A DNA stretch of 64,000 nucleotides from contig MU271422.1 of the NCBI GenBank assembly GCA_021432655.1, positions 1 through 64,000 on the forward strand, read 5' to 3'. The notes below the pieces were generated by a model that saw only the letters and a list, made by a program, of their open reading frames with translations, was not told where the DNA came from and did not search any database. A program made the position numbers and the translations under genes. Shown one piece after another: positions 62,184-64,000 of this stretch (position 1 is the stretch's first letter; each line of letters starts with the position of its first letter). The DNA is from Atractiella rhizophila (lineage: Eukaryota).

Positions 62184-62983
62184 NNNNNNNNNNNNNNNNN
62201 NNNNNNNNNNNNNNNNNNNNNNNNNNNNNNNNNNNNNNNNNNNNNNNNNNNNNNNNNNNNNNNNNNNNNNNNNNNNNNNNNNNNNNNNNNNNNNNNNNNN
62301 NNNNNNNNNNNNNNNNNNNNNNNNNNNNNNNNNNNNNNNNNNNNNNNNNNNNNNNNNNNNNNNNNNNNNNNNNNNNNNNNNNNNNNNNNNNNNNNNNNNN
62401 NNNNNNNNNNNNNNNNNNNNNNNNNNNNNNNNNNNNNNNNNNNNNNNNNNNNNNNNNNNNNNNNNNNNNNNNNNNNNNNNNNNNNNNNNNNNNNNNNNNN
62501 NNNNNNNNNNNNNNNNNNNNNNNNNNNNNNNNNNNNNNNNNNNNNNNNNNNNNNNNNNNNNNNNNNNNNNNNNNNNNNNNNNNNNNNNNNNNNNNNNNNN
62601 NNNNNNNNNNNNNNNNNNNNNNNNNNNNNNNNNNNNNNNNNNNNNNNNNNNNNNNNNNNNNNNNNNNNNNNNNNNNNNNNNNNNNNNNNNNNNNNNNNNN
62701 NNNNNNNNNNNNNNNNNNNNNNNNNNNNNNNNNNNNNNNNNNNNNNNNNNNNNNNNNNNNNNNNNNNNNNNNNNNNNNNNNNNNNNNNNNNNNNNNNNNN
62801 NNNNNNNNNNNNNNNNNNNNNNNNNNNNNNNNNNNNNNNNNNNNNNNNNNNNNNNNNNNNNNNNNNNNNNNNNNNNNNNNNNNNNNNNNNNNNNNNNNNN
62901 NNNNNNNNNNNNNNNNNNNNNNNNNNNNNNNNNNNNNNNNNNNNNNNNNNNNNNNNNNNNNNNNNNNNNNNNNNNNNNNNNNN
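62184..62983. other. Assembly gap (800 N)
   Basis: N run. Confidence 0.99.
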
Positions 62984-63329
62984 GCGTAACTTTTTGGAGA
63001 TTGTCCATGCAGCACCGCAGCATTATTTATCAGGACATCAACTTTGCCTGATATCCTTTCAACGTCTTTAACCACTTGCTCTAGCTTTGAAGTGTATGCC
63101 TCGGTACCGCCTATCTCACCAATTTCGAAGACATGCACATTCGAGGCAGGAGTGTAAATGAAATTGGTTTTCGTGCGCACCAACGCGAATATAGTGTTCG
63201 ATGGATTCATAGAAAGCTGCTGCACCAAAGCCGAACCCTTATCCCACCCCGCGTCAACAATTGTATCTAGGAGGTAACAAAGGCAGTTACGATTCCTCGA
63301 GACGCTCCTGTGACCACGTAAGTAGACAT
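62984..63329 (-). CDS. Short-chain dehydrogenase/reductase, 5' part (remainder in gap)
   Basis: MSTYVVTGASRG-intron-GSALVQQLS...IFALVR...KVDVLINNAAV. Confidence 0.88.
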
Positions 63330-64000
63330 GTTTGGGTTTGCAGGTGACTGTGACGTAAATGTCAAACTACTGAAAAGAGGATTTATATCACTTGGTTTTT
63401 ATATATCTGGCGTCACTTGGTCCTCTTCTATCGAGCATTGAGCAGAATGTATGCTCCACTCAGCCTGCTTCCATGTCCGACAATGCTTACCGAAAGATCC
63501 TCCTTTACATTCTTCCTGCTTGTTCCGATCGGGGTAAGACGTTGATTGAAGCAACAGAAGGAGAAAGAATCATGAAACAATGTTTATCTAGTGCTTATTG
63601 GGCAGCTTATGCTTCAGGGATTCTTCCCGCCTCTTCCTTCAAGATTCAATTGAGAGAAAGAACGAATCGAAATGATTAACGCCGCGATGACGAGGGAGAC
63701 AATAAGCATGTGGAGCGTTACCCTGAGAATGCGAGCATGGCTCTGAGAAGGATTCTACCGTGATTTTGCAGCTGTAACGGGCTCGCCAGCTAGCCACATG
63801 GAGCATTGAGGTGAGTTAACAGTGGGAGACTGTTGGTCAGGACTTCATGCACTTCAACCACAGGAGGTACAGTGTGTGTTTGCAGGCTGAAGCTTGAGAT
63901 GTTAGGAAGATTTGTTATGGATACGAAAACAAGGTTCAGGACAGTGATGTCTACCTCGTGCGTACATCCTTGTCAAGAACAGTAATCCCTTTTTTTCCGA

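Noticed and set aside
62020..63071. ORFs across the 800-N gap
   Set aside because: N-run artefacts; only the SDR 5' portion is supported.

Overview
Intron-rich fungal genomic DNA, most likely a basidiomycete, with three N-gaps (10322-10962, 11869-11893, 62184-62983). The main hidden feature is two blocks, about 9677-10321 and 11894-14298, that are written mirror-reversed (reversed but not complemented), so the six-frame ORF track cannot read them. Read backwards, they complete one fungal NLR-type immune receptor gene: a patatin domain, a STAND/NB-ARC-like region with its P-loop probably in the gap, and about 12 40-aa TPR repeats. The apparently non-coding 120-bp tandem array at 12841-14298 is that TPR domain. 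Its near-identical units vary mainly at ligand-groove residues. The mirror orientation is almost certainly a gap-filling artefact. The NLR is bracketed by ~1.46-kb diverged direct repeats. Other genes: GT-A glycosyltransferase, three aldo-keto reductases plus an AKR7-like relic, CFEM/GPI protein, Zn2Cys6 transcription factor, TFIIA-gamma, AN1 zinc finger, alcohol-oxidase-like GMC with a His/His catalytic pair, CDF metal transporter, chromodomain protein, nuclease-fold/kinase-like protein, L-rhamnose mutarotase, two 3'-truncated OSBP copies, PAC1-like chaperone, syntaxin, RTA1, aminopeptidase P and a partial SDR. CDS coordinates are whole gene spans including introns and were inferred by eye.
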